DNA from: Geobacter sulfurreducens PCA
Lineage (GTDB): Bacteria > Desulfobacterota > Desulfuromonadia > Geobacterales > Geobacteraceae
Direction of reading: 5' to 3'
Length of the DNA stretch: 32,000 nucleotides
Assembly: GCF_000007985.2 (NCBI RefSeq)
Contig: NC_002939.5
Coordinates: forward strand, 2,970,001-3,002,000
The notes beneath the pieces were generated by a model, which saw nothing but the letters and a program-made list of their open reading frames with translations, had not been told where the DNA came from and ran no database searches. A program made the position numbers and the translations under genes. Shown here one piece after another: positions 1-9,277 of this stretch. Numbering within the stretch: the stretch's first letter is position 1; the number at the start of each line of letters is the position of its first letter.

Positions 1-210
1 CGGGATCTCGCGGGCGGGAAACACCTTCAGGGTGAACTCCCGGGACGGGACCTTCTCGGGAAGCCTGACCTCGAAATTTCTCGGCAACTCCATGACGGTT
101 GCCTCATAGGGATTTACGAAGGGATAAAAATATGACTGAGGCGCGGCCGCCGCGTTCGGAGCCAGGGGGAAACACGCCGCCAGGAAAAACAGGACGATGA
201 ACCGCTTCAT
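1..210 (-). CDS. Secreted hypothetical protein, N-terminal 70 codons only (gene continues past window start)
   Basis: ATG at 210..208 preceded by GGAGGA (reverse complement of 215..220). Translates MKRFIVLFFLAACFPLAPNAAAAPQSYFYPFVNPYEATVMELPRNFEV..., a typical signal peptide, and stays open to position 1. Too short for the ORF track. Confidence 0.45.
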   Translation of the reverse strand, partial: MKRFIVLFFLAACFPLAPNAAAAPQSYFYPFVNPYEATVMELPRNFEVRLPEKVPSREFTLKVFPAREIP

Positions 211-252
211 GGTGTCCTCCGGAAAACGGTTTGTGGGCGCACCGCCCGCGGC

Positions 253-1242
253 TCAGGGGGCGGTGCCCGCCTCCCGGAAAAAGCGTTCGGCTCCGGGATG
301 GAGGGGAATGACCGCGGCGTCGGCAGCCTCACGGGGAGAAAGGACCTGCAGGGACGGGTGCTGGCGCCTGAAAAGATCGAAGTTCGTCATGATATCCCGC
401 ACCAGGCGATAAACGGTTTCCTCCGCCATGTCGGAGCGGGTGAACAGTATCGACCGGATACCGATGGTCGGCACCACCCCGGCGTGCTCCAGCACCGGAT
501 AGGAACTGGTGGGAACCACCGCGGGCAGCAGAAGCGGGTTTTCGGCCGTCACCCGTTCGATCAGCGAGGTGTCGAGGGGCACGAGGACAACCTTCCGGGG
601 GCCGGTGCTGGCCTCCATGACGGCAAGGTTCGGATGCGACACCGTATAAATGTAGGCGTCGATATCGTTCTTCTGCAGCAGTTCGGAGGCAAGCGAGGCG
701 GGATGGGTCGAGATGACCACGTCTGAGGGAACGAGGCCGGAGAGACGGAGCAGGGTCACCGCATAGTCATGGTCGAAGGATCCCTCGGCACCGATGTTGA
801 CCCGCTTGCCCTTGAGGTCTCCCATCCGGCTGATACCGGCATCCGCTGCGGCGACGACTGTCACGGCTTCAACCGGAAGGCCGAGAACGGCTCGCAGGCC
901 CGGTTGACTCTTTCCCGCCCATCTGCCGGCGCCCCGCGACGCATCCCGCAGTACGTCGTCCTGGGCTATCCCGAAGGCCGTTCTCCCCTCCGAGACGCTT
1001 TCCACATTGGCCACCGACCCCTGGGACGAAACGGTGGCGAGCCGCATGCCGTATTCGGCGCTGCGCCGGTTGAATATCTTGGCTATGGCACTGGACGAGA
1101 CATAGTAGGAACCGGTGGTGTTCCCGGAACCGATTGAAAGCGTGTGCTGCGGAAATGCGGGAAGGGCCGCGGGCGTCAGGAGCAGTGTCACTGCCGCCAA
1201 AAGAGACAGTTTCAACGGTATGAATCTGGAGAAGCAGGTCAT
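253..1242 (-). CDS. TAXI-family (TRAP-associated, immunogenic-protein-like) periplasmic solute-binding protein
   Basis: 329-aa ORF. RBS GAGGAGGAAG lies 6 nt upstream of ATG 1242. Signal peptide LSLLAAVTLLLTPAALPAFP. The motif pattern SIGSGNTTGSYYVSSSAIAKIF...VNIGAEGS is recalled as the TAXI solute-receptor fold. No TRAP membrane gene is present in the window. Confidence 0.75.
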   Translation of the reverse strand: MTCFSRFIPLKLSLLAAVTLLLTPAALPAFPQHTLSIGSGNTTGSYYVSSSAIAKIFNRRSAEYGMRLATVSSQGSVANVESVSEGRTAFGIAQDDVLRDASRGAGRWAGKSQPGLRAVLGLPVEAVTVVAAADAGISRMGDLKGKRVNIGAEGSFDHDYAVTLLRLSGLVPSDVVISTHPASLASELLQKNDIDAYIYTVSHPNLAVMEASTGPRKVVLVPLDTSLIERVTAENPLLLPAVVPTSSYPVLEHAGVVPTIGIRSILFTRSDMAEETVYRLVRDIMTNFDLFRRQHPSLQVLSPREAADAAVIPLHPGAERFFREAGTAP

Positions 1243-1386
1243 CGGTCACTTCCTCCTCTAGCGTGGAGGATGGATGTTCGATACGCTAAGTCTGTCTCGC
1301 CAGAACCACTACCGGAAAGGATACCACCCTTTCCCGTGTTTGTTCGGGAGAACCTATCCGGCACACGGTCGCGATGCGCACTCTGT

Positions 1387-1773
1387 TCAGGCGGGTGTAT
1401 GCCGGCCTTTCCTCCGGGAAAAGTGCCGGATGTCCGCCAACAGCCGTCCCACATTGACCGGTTTGTCCAAAACCCGGCAGATGCCGACATCTGTAGCCAT
1501 TTCAATGAGATCTGATGTCACTTCGCACGTAACCATCATGACCGGGAGGTCGGGATGCAGTTCTTTTACGGCAGCCGCCAGTTCAAGACCATTCATACCC
1601 GGCATGCTGAAATCGGTTATGACCATGTCGAACGTGGTTTTCCGCACGATGTCGACTGCTTCTGCTCCACGCGAGGCTGAAGTGACCTCCAGATCTTTTG
1701 ACTCAAGGAGCAAACCCAGAACATATAAAAAATTGACATCATCGTCGACGATAAGAACGTTAATTCTTCCCAT
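1387..1773 (-). CDS. Stand-alone CheY-like response regulator (receiver domain only)
   Basis: 128-aa ORF. It has the acidic pocket D10-D11-D12, the phospho-acceptor Asp in MVITDFSMPGMNG, the conserved T in MMVTCE and the conserved K in LDKPV. There is no output domain. Confidence 0.9.
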   Translation of the reverse strand: MGRINVLIVDDDVNFLYVLGLLLESKDLEVTSASRGAEAVDIVRKTTFDMVITDFSMPGMNGLELAAAVKELHPDLPVMMVTCEVTSDLIEMATDVGICRVLDKPVNVGRLLADIRHFSRRKGRHTPA

Positions 1774-1881
1774 ATGAGCACCTCTGCGACAATTTCCCTT
1801 GCCTGCCTGTCAGAGTACAACATATGAACAGCCAACACGATAGAGTTACCCGATCAAATACAACTACGCACAGCATCATGC

Positions 1882-2211
1882 TTAGTAGGGAATTTTCAAT
1901 TTACCCACTATCTTCTGCAACCTATCTTTTGCTTTAGTGAATTCCTGGTAAGACATGACATAGCTATCACGCATTTCTACGCAATCTGACTGAATATCGT
2001 CGTTACTGCCGGATTCACCACTCAAACAACCTCTCTGTATACGCCTATATCTGCATTCATATAACAAATTACGTACCAATGCAGCGCACACAATATCGCA
2101 AGCACGGAGGAACTCCATCATGTGTTCAGGGTTATCGTATTGATAGGCAATTCCACTGATATAGGTGCGTGCCGCTGACGAATCCTTAAATTGAAAATTG
2201 TTCCGGTCCAT
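1882..2211 (-). CDS. Hypothetical 109-aa protein (ORFan, five Cys) in a low-GC islet
   Basis: Only long ORF in a tract I counted at 138 G+C per 330 nt (41.8%) over 1881..2210. The next 60 nt (2281..2340) are 65% GC. No motif I recognise. Cys at residues 38, 42 (CxxxC), 53, 62 and 77. Same strand as its neighbours. Confidence 0.45.
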   Translation of the reverse strand: MDRNNFQFKDSSAARTYISGIAYQYDNPEHMMEFLRACDIVCAALVRNLLYECRYRRIQRGCLSGESGSNDDIQSDCVEMRDSYVMSYQEFTKAKDRLQKIVGKLKIPY

Positions 2212-2292
2212 AGATCAATTCCTCGTGGACTACTTCAAGCATTCGATGAAGTTGCGCTCTGTATCCGTGATTGCCCTCAGGTTCCCCGCCCG

Positions 2293-3831
2293 CTACTCGC
2301 TCCCACCGCCCAGCACCTTGTAAAGGGTCGCCAGATTGAGAAGCCGGACGAGGCGGACACCGATCAGGTTCTGCTGGGCGCTGTACAGGGCCCGTTGGGA
2401 ATCGAGCACCTGCAGATAGTTATCCACCCCCTTTTCGTAGCGGGCCTGGGACAACCGATGGCTCTCGGCCGTGGCATCGGAGAGGGACTGCTGGGCCGTA
2501 AGCTGGTCGTCGATGGTACCGCGCTGGGCCAGGGCATCGGCCACCTCACGGAAGGCGGTCTGAATCACCTTCTCGTACTGGGCAACGGCGATGTTGCGGT
2601 CCGCTTCCGCCACCTCCAGCGTGGCCTGGTTCGCTCCGGCAGTGAAGATGGGGAGCGTGATCCGGGGTGCGAAGCTCCAGGTGAAGGAATCGCCGGAGAA
2701 GAGCTTGGCCAGATCATCGCTGCCAAAGCCAACGTTGGACACCAGAGTTATGCGGGGGAAGAAGTTGGCCCGGGCGGCACCGATGTTGGCATTGGCTCCC
2801 TTCAGAAGGTTCTCGGCCTGGAGGATATCGGGGCGCCGCAACAGCACGTCGGACGGCAGGCCCGGCGCCACATCCTTCAGGGCGGTAAGGGTGTCGGAAA
2901 GTGCCGACGGAAGGAGTTCCGCCGGCACGGGCGAGCCGACCACCAGACTCAGGGCGTTCCCATCCTGGGCCACCAGGGTGGTGAAGCGGGCGATGTCCAC
3001 CCGGGCGGCGTCGACGCTGGTCTGGGCCTGATGCAGATCGAGAGCCGAAGAGACGCCTGCATCGAAGCGGCTCTTGGTGAGCTGGTAGGACTCCTGCTGG
3101 TTCGCCAGGGTTTCCTGTGCCAGTTTCAGCCGCTCGCGGTCGGCGGCGAGGGTGAGGTAGTTGACGGCAACCTCCGACACGAGGCTGATCTGGACGCTAC
3201 GCCGGGCCTGCTCAGTGGCCAGGTACTGTTCCAGTGCCTGGTCCTTGAGACTGCGTACCCGGCCGAAAAGGTCCAGTTCGTAGGAACTGACCCCGAGTCC
3301 GACACTGTACTGATCGATGGTATCGGCCCGGCCCGTGGCCGACAGGCCTTCTGGCTGCCGTGTGAACGTTGCGCCGGCGCTGGCGTCCACCTTCGGGAAG
3401 AGATCCGAGCGCCGGATCTGGTACTGGGCTCGGGAGCGCTCGATGTTGAGAGCCGCGGCCCTCAGGTCCCGGTTGTTCTCCAGAGCCAGAGCGATCAGCT
3501 TGTGCAGCTTCTCGTCCACGAAAAACTCCTGCCAGGGGATGTCGGCCACCGGCTTTTCAGTTGCGGACGCCGTCTGTTTGTAGGCGGGGCCTTCGGGCCA
3601 CGCGACTGGCACCGGAGCGGCGGGCCGCTCGTATTTGGGGGCCATGGTGGTGCAACCGGCCAGGGTCAATGTCATAATTGAAACATAGAGCACTTGAGCA
3701 ACAGAGAAAGGCTTTGGCGCAAAACCGGAAACTCTCTGCGATCGCTTGCTGGCTGCACGACAAACGGTGGCAGCGGGATCAGATTGTTGCTCTGTTGCTC
3801 TGCTACTCTGTGTTATTCCGAACATACTCAT
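2293..3831 (-). CDS. RND efflux outer-membrane factor lipoprotein (NodT/OprM family)
   Basis: 512-aa maximal ORF with lipobox LTLAGC (Cys at residue 60). ATG 3831..3829 sits 1 nt after the pump stop (TGA 3835..3833). An alternative ATG at 3675..3673 lies just before the lipobox. The length and sequence pattern look like the OprM/NodT outer-membrane-factor family as I recall it. Confidence 0.9.
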   Translation of the reverse strand: MSMFGITQSSRATEQQSDPAATVCRAASKRSQRVSGFAPKPFSVAQVLYVSIMTLTLAGCTTMAPKYERPAAPVPVAWPEGPAYKQTASATEKPVADIPWQEFFVDEKLHKLIALALENNRDLRAAALNIERSRAQYQIRRSDLFPKVDASAGATFTRQPEGLSATGRADTIDQYSVGLGVSSYELDLFGRVRSLKDQALEQYLATEQARRSVQISLVSEVAVNYLTLAADRERLKLAQETLANQQESYQLTKSRFDAGVSSALDLHQAQTSVDAARVDIARFTTLVAQDGNALSLVVGSPVPAELLPSALSDTLTALKDVAPGLPSDVLLRRPDILQAENLLKGANANIGAARANFFPRITLVSNVGFGSDDLAKLFSGDSFTWSFAPRITLPIFTAGANQATLEVAEADRNIAVAQYEKVIQTAFREVADALAQRGTIDDQLTAQQSLSDATAESHRLSQARYEKGVDNYLQVLDSQRALYSAQQNLIGVRLVRLLNLATLYKVLGGGSE

Positions 3832-3832
3832 C

Positions 3833-6800
3833 TCAATTCACCTCCGACGCTGTGTCAGCGGGCGGCTGTACGGCAGTCTGCTTTTTGGCAAAGAGTTTCG
3901 ACACCATCACGAAAAAGAACGGAATGAAAATCAGGTCGATAAAAGTGGCCGAGAGGAGGCCGCCGGTCACGGCGGTACCGATGGCGTTCTGGGCCGCGGC
4001 CCCGGCCCCCTTGGTGAGCGCCAGCGGCAGGGTGCCGAAGAAAAACGCCAGCGAGGTCATGATGACCGGCCGCAACCTGATCTTCACCGCCAGGAGAGTG
4101 GCCTCCACCAGATCGTGCCCGTGATGCAGCTGCTCCTTGATGAACTGGATGATCAGGATGGCGTTCTTGGTGGAAAGGCCCACGGTGGTCAGGAGGCCGA
4201 TCTGGAGATAGACGTCGTTGGGAAGCATCCGCAGGGTAACGGCGGTCACCGCGCCCACCAGGCCGAGGGGAAGCATCAGCAGGTTGACGAAGGGGATCGT
4301 CCAGCTCTCGTACAGGGCGGCCACGGCCAGGAACACCACCAGCAGCGAGATGGCATAGAGGGCTGGAGCCTGGGCACCCGCCTGTTTTTCCTCATAGGAA
4401 AGACCGGTCCATTCATAGCCGATGCCCGCAGGCAGCTGAGCCGCCATCTTCTCCATTTCGGCCATGGCCTCGCCGGTGCTCACCCCCGGCGCGGCCTGGC
4501 CCATGATCTCCACGGACGGAATACCGTTATAGCGTTCCAGACGTGGTGAACCGTATTGCCAGTGGGCGGTGGCAAAGGCGGAGAACGGCACCATCTCCCC
4601 GTTGTTATTGCGTACATACCACTTGCCGATATCTTCCGGCAGCATGCGGTACCTTGCGTCGGCCTGGAGATAGACCTTCTTGACCCGCCCGTTCTCGATG
4701 AAGTCGTTCACGTAGGAACTGCCCCAGGCAGTTGAAAGAACTTCGTTGATACTGGTCTGCGACACGCCCAGCGCTCCGGCCCGCACATCATCGATATCAA
4801 GTTTGAACTGTGGGGAGTCATCCTGGCCGTTGGGACGAACCGCCATCAGCTTCGGATTCTTCATGGCCATGCCCAACAGCTGGTTGCGAGCCTCCATCAG
4901 CTTGTCATGTCCCAGGCCGCTGCGGTCCTGCAGCATGAAGTCAAAGCCGTTGGCCTGCCCCAGCTCCACCACCGCCGGCGGTGAAAAAGCAAAGGCCATA
5001 CCGTCTTTGATCTTTGAAAATGCCGCCATGGCCCTGCCGGCAACGGCCGGCGCCTTGAGGTCGGGGGTCGGGCGCAGCTCCCAATCCTTCAGCTTGACGA
5101 AGGCGAGGCCCATGTTCTGGCCGCGACCGGCGAAGCTGAAGCCGGCCACGGTAATGATGGCCTCCACGGTCTTTTTCTCCCGCTCGAGGAAATGGTGCTC
5201 AAGCTCCTCGATGACCTTGATGGTCCGCTCCTTGGTGGCTCCGGCGGGCAACTGGACCTGACAGATGATGAACCCCTGGTCCTCGTCCGGCAGGAAGGCC
5301 GTCGGCAGCCGCAGGAAGAAGAACACCATTACCGCCACGATACCGCCGTAAACCACCAGGTACCGGACCGGCTTGCCGAAGGAGCGGCCGACAATCCCTT
5401 CGTATTTCTCCCGTGCCCAGTCGAACCCCTTGTTGAAGTGGCGGAAGAACTGGCAGAACCAGCCGCATTCACCCGGGGTATGTCCTTTTTCAACCGGCTT
5501 GAGCAGGGTGGAGCAGAGGGCCGGCGTCAGTATCTGGGCCACCAGTACCGACAGGATCATGGCCGAAATGATGGTGATCGAGAACTGGCGGTAGATAACG
5601 CCGGTGGAACCGCCGAAGAAAGCCATTGGCAGGAAGACGGCCGACAGCACGGTGGCGATTCCCCAAAGAGCGCTGGTGATCTGCCCCATGGACTTGATGG
5701 TGGCGTCGTGGGGAGAGAGCCCCTCCTCGGACATGATCCGTTCCACGTTCTCCACCACGACGATGGCGTCGTCGACAAGCAGGCCGATGACGATAACCAG
5801 CGCGAACATGGTCAGGGTGTTGATGGAGAACCCCGCGGCCGCCAGCACCCCCATGGTCCCCAGGAGAACAACCGGCACGGCGATGGTCGGAATAAGAGTC
5901 GCCCGGATGTTCTGCAGGAACAGGAACATGATGATGAAGACCAGGAAGACGGCCTCGACCAGGGTCTTGACCACCTCTTTGATGGAGATCTTCACAAAGG
6001 GGGTGGTGTCGTAGGGGTAGACAACCTTCATGCCGGCGGGGAAGTAGCGGGAGAGCTCCTCCATCTTGGCTTTGACACGCTCACCCGTATCCAGCGCGTT
6101 GGCGCCGGCCGCCAGCCTGATCGCCATGCCGCCCAGCGGTTTTCCCTTGTAGCGTGCTTCGATATCGTAATTCTCAGTACCGACCTTGGCCTCGGCTACG
6201 TCTTTCAGCTTGACCGTGGAGCCGTCGGGGTTCGTGCGCAGGATGATGTTGTTAAACTGCTCCGGCGTCTGGAGCAGGGTGCGGGCGGTGATAGTTGCAT
6301 TCAGCTGCTGCCCGTGGACGGCAGGGCTGCCGCCGAACTGGCCGGCCGAAACCTGAGCGTTCTGCGCCTGAATCGCTGCAATTACATCATTGGTGGTCAG
6401 ATGAAAATTGTTCAGCTTTGCAGGATCCAGCCAGATCCGCATAGCGTTCTGGGAACCGAAGACCGTTACCTCGCCCACCCCTTCGGTGCGGCTGATGATA
6501 TCCTGAACGTTGGAGACCAGGTAGTCGGTCAGGGTATCGCGCGTCAACGAACCGTCTTCCGAGACCAGACCGACGATCATCAGGAAGTTCTTGGTGGACT
6601 TAACCACCTGGATCCCCTGCCGTTGAACGATCTGGGGGAGGAGCGGCGTGGCCAGCTGCAGCTTGTTCTGCACCTGAACCTGGGCGATATTGGGATCGGT
6701 GCCGGCCTTGAAGGTCAGGTTGATGGCCACGGCCCCGGCCGAGTCGCTGGTGGACGACATGTAGATCAGGTTGTCGATGCCGTTCAGCTTCTGCTCGATG

Positions 6801-6991
6801 ACCTGGGTAACCGTATCCTGCACCGTCTGGGCCGAAGCCCCCGGATACATGGCGTTGATGGTGATCTGGGGCGGCGCGATGGGCGGATACTGGGAGACCG
6901 GCAGGGTCTTGATGGCCAAAAGCCCCCCCAGCATGACCATGATGGAGATGACCCAGGCAAAAATTGGTCTGTTTATGAAAAAGCGGGACAT
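3833..6991 (-). CDS. RND (HAE1, AcrB/MexB-like) inner-membrane multidrug efflux permease
   Basis: 1052 aa. N-terminus [23 protein letters not shown]...[11 protein letters not shown] is the AcrB signature start. Length, layout and the start signature suggest the usual 12-TM, two-periplasmic-loop architecture (not mapped here). RBS AAGGAG upstream of ATG 6991. Confidence 0.95.
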   Translation of the reverse strand: MSRFFINRPIFAWVISIMVMLGGLLAIKTLPVSQYPPIAPPQITINAMYPGASAQTVQDTVTQVIEQKLNGIDNLIYMSSTSDSAGAVAINLTFKAGTDPNIAQVQVQNKLQLATPLLPQIVQRQGIQVVKSTKNFLMIVGLVSEDGSLTRDTLTDYLVSNVQDIISRTEGVGEVTVFGSQNAMRIWLDPAKLNNFHLTTNDVIAAIQAQNAQVSAGQFGGSPAVHGQQLNATITARTLLQTPEQFNNIILRTNPDGSTVKLKDVAEAKVGTENYDIEARYKGKPLGGMAIRLAAGANALDTGERVKAKMEELSRYFPAGMKVVYPYDTTPFVKISIKEVVKTLVEAVFLVFIIMFLFLQNIRATLIPTIAVPVVLLGTMGVLAAAGFSINTLTMFALVIVIGLLVDDAIVVVENVERIMSEEGLSPHDATIKSMGQITSALWGIATVLSAVFLPMAFFGGSTGVIYRQFSITIISAMILSVLVAQILTPALCSTLLKPVEKGHTPGECGWFCQFFRHFNKGFDWAREKYEGIVGRSFGKPVRYLVVYGGIVAVMVFFFLRLPTAFLPDEDQGFIICQVQLPAGATKERTIKVIEELEHHFLEREKKTVEAIITVAGFSFAGRGQNMGLAFVKLKDWELRPTPDLKAPAVAGRAMAAFSKIKDGMAFAFSPPAVVELGQANGFDFMLQDRSGLGHDKLMEARNQLLGMAMKNPKLMAVRPNGQDDSPQFKLDIDDVRAGALGVSQTSINEVLSTAWGSSYVNDFIENGRVKKVYLQADARYRMLPEDIGKWYVRNNNGEMVPFSAFATAHWQYGSPRLERYNGIPSVEIMGQAAPGVSTGEAMAEMEKMAAQLPAGIGYEWTGLSYEEKQAGAQAPALYAISLLVVFLAVAALYESWTIPFVNLLMLPLGLVGAVTAVTLRMLPNDVYLQIGLLTTVGLSTKNAILIIQFIKEQLHHGHDLVEATLLAVKIRLRPVIMTSLAFFFGTLPLALTKGAGAAAQNAIGTAVTGGLLSATFIDLIFIPFFFVMVSKLFAKKQTAVQPPADTASEVN

Positions 6992-7064
6992 GAAAGAAGC
7001 TCCTTAATGCGTATTCCCCCGTGGTGACAGGGAGGCGGGGCCTTAGGATCGCAACGCTGTCAGC

Positions 7065-8288
7065 CTATTTTTTGGCACTCGCCGCTTGGTTCGCTGCCGC
7101 GGGGGCAGCAGCCTCCGGTTTTGCCGCGAACGGCACGGTTTTAACCTGCGTGCCCGGCCGTGCCTTCTGGATTCCCTCCAGAATGACCCGGTCGCCGGCT
7201 TTCAGGCCGTCGCTCACCAGCCAGTTCTCCCCCACGGTCCGGACGACCTTGATTACCCGCGGCTCCACCTTCTCCTCGGCCCCCACCACCAGGACCATGG
7301 CCTCACCTTGGGGATTGCGGGTCACACCCCGCTGCGGAACCAACATCGCCTGGTCGCTCACCCCCTCCTCCACGATGGCGCGCACGAACATGCCGGGGAG
7401 CAGGGTCTGCTTCGGGTTGGGGAAAACCGCCCGCAGGGTGATTGAGCCGGTGCTCTGGTCAACGGTCACTTCCGAAAACTTCAGCGTTCCCGGCAACGGA
7501 TAAGGGCTACCGTCTTCCAGCAGGAGCTTGACCTTGGCCTGGGCCGCGGCGTTGTCCTTCATAATGCCGCTGGCCAGATTCTGCTTCAGCTTCAGCAACT
7601 CGGCGCTGGACTGGGTGACATCCACATAGATAGGGCTGAGCTGTTGGATGGTGGCCAGGGCCGTGGCCTGATTGGCGGTTACCAGTGCCCCGTCGGTGAT
7701 GGCCGAGCGGCCGATGCGGCCGGAGATAGGGGCGGTCACCTTCGTGTAGGCCAGATTGATCCGGGCCGTCTCCACCGCAGCCTTGGCGGAAGCCACGTCG
7801 GCTTCGGCCTGTTTGAGGGCGGCATTGGCGTCGTCATAGTCCTGCTGGCTCACGGCTTTGATCTTGACCAGGTCACGGAAGCGCTCTTCCTTCAGCCGTG
7901 CCGGAATGAGATTGGCCTCGGCCCGGGCAAGGGCTGCCTTGGCACTGGCAAAGGCCGCCTGGTACGTGGCCGGGTCAATCTGGTAGAGGACCTGCCCCGC
8001 CTTCACGTCGGAACCTTCGACAAACAGGCGCTTCTGGATGATCCCACTTACCTGGGGGCGAACTTCGGCAATCAGAAGCGGCGACGTCCGGCCCGGCAAT
8101 TCCGTGGTCAGGGCAACGCGCTCAGGCTTGACAACGATCACCCCCACTTCGGGAGGGCCGCTGGCAGGGGGAGTTGCAGCGTTCTTCTTGCCGCAACCGA
8201 CCATCATTATCCCGACCGCAAGAAGTCCCACTACGGTCATCAGTCGTGTTCTGTACATGGGTTGCATACACACCTCGATACTGTTCAT
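7065..8288 (-). CDS. RND membrane-fusion (periplasmic adaptor, AcrA/MexA-like) lipoprotein
   Basis: 407-aa maximal ORF with lipobox IMMVGC. Characteristic YQIDP...coiled-coil...ITAPISGRIG pattern. The true start is more likely ATG 8267 (GAGG 5 nt upstream) or ATG 8258 (MYRTRLMTVVGLLAVGIMMVGC). Confidence 0.9.
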   Translation of the reverse strand: MNSIEVCMQPMYRTRLMTVVGLLAVGIMMVGCGKKNAATPPASGPPEVGVIVVKPERVALTTELPGRTSPLLIAEVRPQVSGIIQKRLFVEGSDVKAGQVLYQIDPATYQAAFASAKAALARAEANLIPARLKEERFRDLVKIKAVSQQDYDDANAALKQAEADVASAKAAVETARINLAYTKVTAPISGRIGRSAITDGALVTANQATALATIQQLSPIYVDVTQSSAELLKLKQNLASGIMKDNAAAQAKVKLLLEDGSPYPLPGTLKFSEVTVDQSTGSITLRAVFPNPKQTLLPGMFVRAIVEEGVSDQAMLVPQRGVTRNPQGEAMVLVVGAEEKVEPRVIKVVRTVGENWLVSDGLKAGDRVILEGIQKARPGTQVKTVPFAAKPEAAAPAAANQAASAKK

Positions 8289-8310
8289 AAATTGCCGGCC
8301 TCACGGCCAG

Positions 8311-8397
8311 TTACTTGTTTTTCCCCAAAAAAGCGATAATAGCCGTCAGGGCCCAGACCGCCATGGTTGCTACGATAAACAGTGTCATACGCGCCAT
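8311..8397 (-). CDS. Candidate 28-codon hydrophobic mini-ORF in the efflux operon leader (MARMTLFIVATMAVWALTAIIAFLGKNK)
   Basis: Hand translation of the minus strand: ATG 8397..8395 (second in-frame ATG 8388..8386), stop TAA 8313..8311. One predicted TM helix flanked by R and KNK. It lies between the TetR operator (8444..8463) and the MFP start. AAAGGGA abuts the first ATG and is 9 nt from the second. Below the ORF-track cut-off. Confidence 0.25.
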   Translation of the reverse strand: MARMTLFIVATMAVWALTAIIAFLGKNK

Positions 8398-8443
8398 TCC
8401 CTTTCAGCGGATTCGCCCCATGAACAGCGTCCTCCACCGCATC

Positions 8444-8463
8444 AAGAATGAACATTCATTCTT
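8444..8463. promoter_or_regulatory. Palindromic operator (AAGAATGAA-CA-TTCATTCTT), putative TetR binding site upstream of the efflux genes
   Basis: Two 9-nt inverted half-sites with a 2-nt spacer. Shares the core AGAATGAAC[A/G]TTCATTC with the site at 9094..9109. Located between the tetR stop (8496) and the MFP gene. Confidence 0.6.
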
Positions 8464-8495
8464 AGCCAATCAACGACAGGAGATTACAGAGTCTC

Positions 8496-9071
8496 CTACC
8501 TTTTCACCGCATCCCAGCACGCCTCGATCGTGCGGGCTATGAGGGCATCGTCCAGTTCAATGAATCCGAGGATGTGGTCCCGCGCAGCGGCCAGAAGCGG
8601 ACCGAAGGACAGGGCAAAGAGGAGTGGCAACGGGACATCCTTCAGAACCTGCTGGGCAATCCCCTCTTCAAACAGATGAAAATAGACATCGCACCCCTCC
8701 CGCACCCCCAGGAGGCGTTCCCGGCGGGTCGCCACACCGTAGGGAGAGTTGTGAAACTGCTCCAGATAGCGAAAATCGAGAGGATTCTGAATGAAGTACC
8801 GGAGGAGCGCCGTGCCGAGATGGAGAAAGCGTTCCCGAAATGCCTTCAACTCCCCGTATCCCTCCGTGATGACCGGAAAGATCTTCTCCTCCAGTTCCTG
8901 ATACATCTCATTGATCAGTACGTCCTTGTTCTCGAAATATCGATAGATCGTGCCGGCCCCTACCCCTGCCCGCTCGGCGATGAGCGCCATTGGAGCGCCA
9001 TGAAATCCGTGCTCGGCAATGAGTTCGAGAGCCGCGCGGACGATCTCGTCCCGTTTTTCCAGCTTCGACAT
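8496..9071 (-). CDS. TetR/AcrR-family transcriptional repressor
   Basis: N-terminal HTH FHGAPMALIAERAGVGAGTIYRYFENKDVL. I place the start at ATG 9071 (MSKLEKRDEIV...; GGAAGTGAGG upstream). The track start at 9107 falls inside the operator palindrome. Confidence 0.9.
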   Translation of the reverse strand: MSKLEKRDEIVRAALELIAEHGFHGAPMALIAERAGVGAGTIYRYFENKDVLINEMYQELEEKIFPVITEGYGELKAFRERFLHLGTALLRYFIQNPLDFRYLEQFHNSPYGVATRRERLLGVREGCDVYFHLFEEGIAQQVLKDVPLPLLFALSFGPLLAAARDHILGFIELDDALIARTIEACWDAVKR

Positions 9072-9093
9072 AGATACCTCACTTCCATTACCA

Positions 9094-9109
9094 GAATGAA
9101 CGTTCATTC
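9094..9109. promoter_or_regulatory. Perfect 16-nt palindrome GAATGAACGTTCATTC, putative autoregulatory TetR operator
   Basis: Lies 23 nt upstream of tetR ATG 9071 and immediately downstream of a minus-strand TATAGT (-10-like; + strand actata at 9113..9118). Same core as the site at 8444..8463. Confidence 0.6.
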
Positions 9110-9215
9110 CAGACTATAAGTTTTCATCCCCCGAGTCCAGACTTTTTTACCTACCCCGTTATCCGTCCCCATCCCGGAACAGCTCTTAGTACTTACAGGC
9201 AATCAAATGTATACA

Positions 9216-9245
9216 TTGACATGCGCCCACACGCCGTGCATGATT
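9216..9245 (+). promoter_or_regulatory. Possible sigma70 promoter for the riboswitch-led operon
   Basis: TTGACA at 9216..9221, an 18-nt spacer, then ATGATT at 9240..9245, about 35 nt upstream of the aptamer P1 stem. Confidence 0.3.
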
Positions 9246-9277
9246 TTGTCCTTTAGAGTTTGCAGTTACATATTTTG

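Noticed and set aside
1312-1336. Imperfect hairpin (CCGGAAAGG...CCTTTCCCG) between the response-regulator stop and the TAXI gene start.
   Set aside because: It has only about 7 contiguous base pairs and no U-tract on the coding strand. That is too weak to call a terminator or regulatory element.
2191-3681. 496-aa + strand ORF antisense to the outer-membrane factor gene. Similar long antisense ORFs occur at 5192..7027, 9798..10649, 12072..13388, 15599..16846, 20011..20778, 21645..22916, 25532..26491 and 27713..29668.
   Set aside because: Each lies opposite a gene with unmistakable family motifs. Their products are Gly/Arg/Pro/His/Asp-rich low-complexity strings. Stop-free antisense frames are expected opposite GC3-rich coding sequence in a genome of over 60% GC.
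7073-7089. TGGCAC...GC sequence resembling a sigma54 -24/-12 element.
   Set aside because: The GG-to-GC spacing is 10 nt instead of 12. It lies on the + strand inside the 3' end of the minus-strand MFP gene, with no downstream + strand gene.
8315-8542. 75-aa + strand ORF spanning the tetR-MFP intergenic region and the tetR 3' end.
   Set aside because: It runs antisense through the operator and into tetR. It has no RBS and an implausible composition. The minus-strand mini-ORF and the operator explain the region better.
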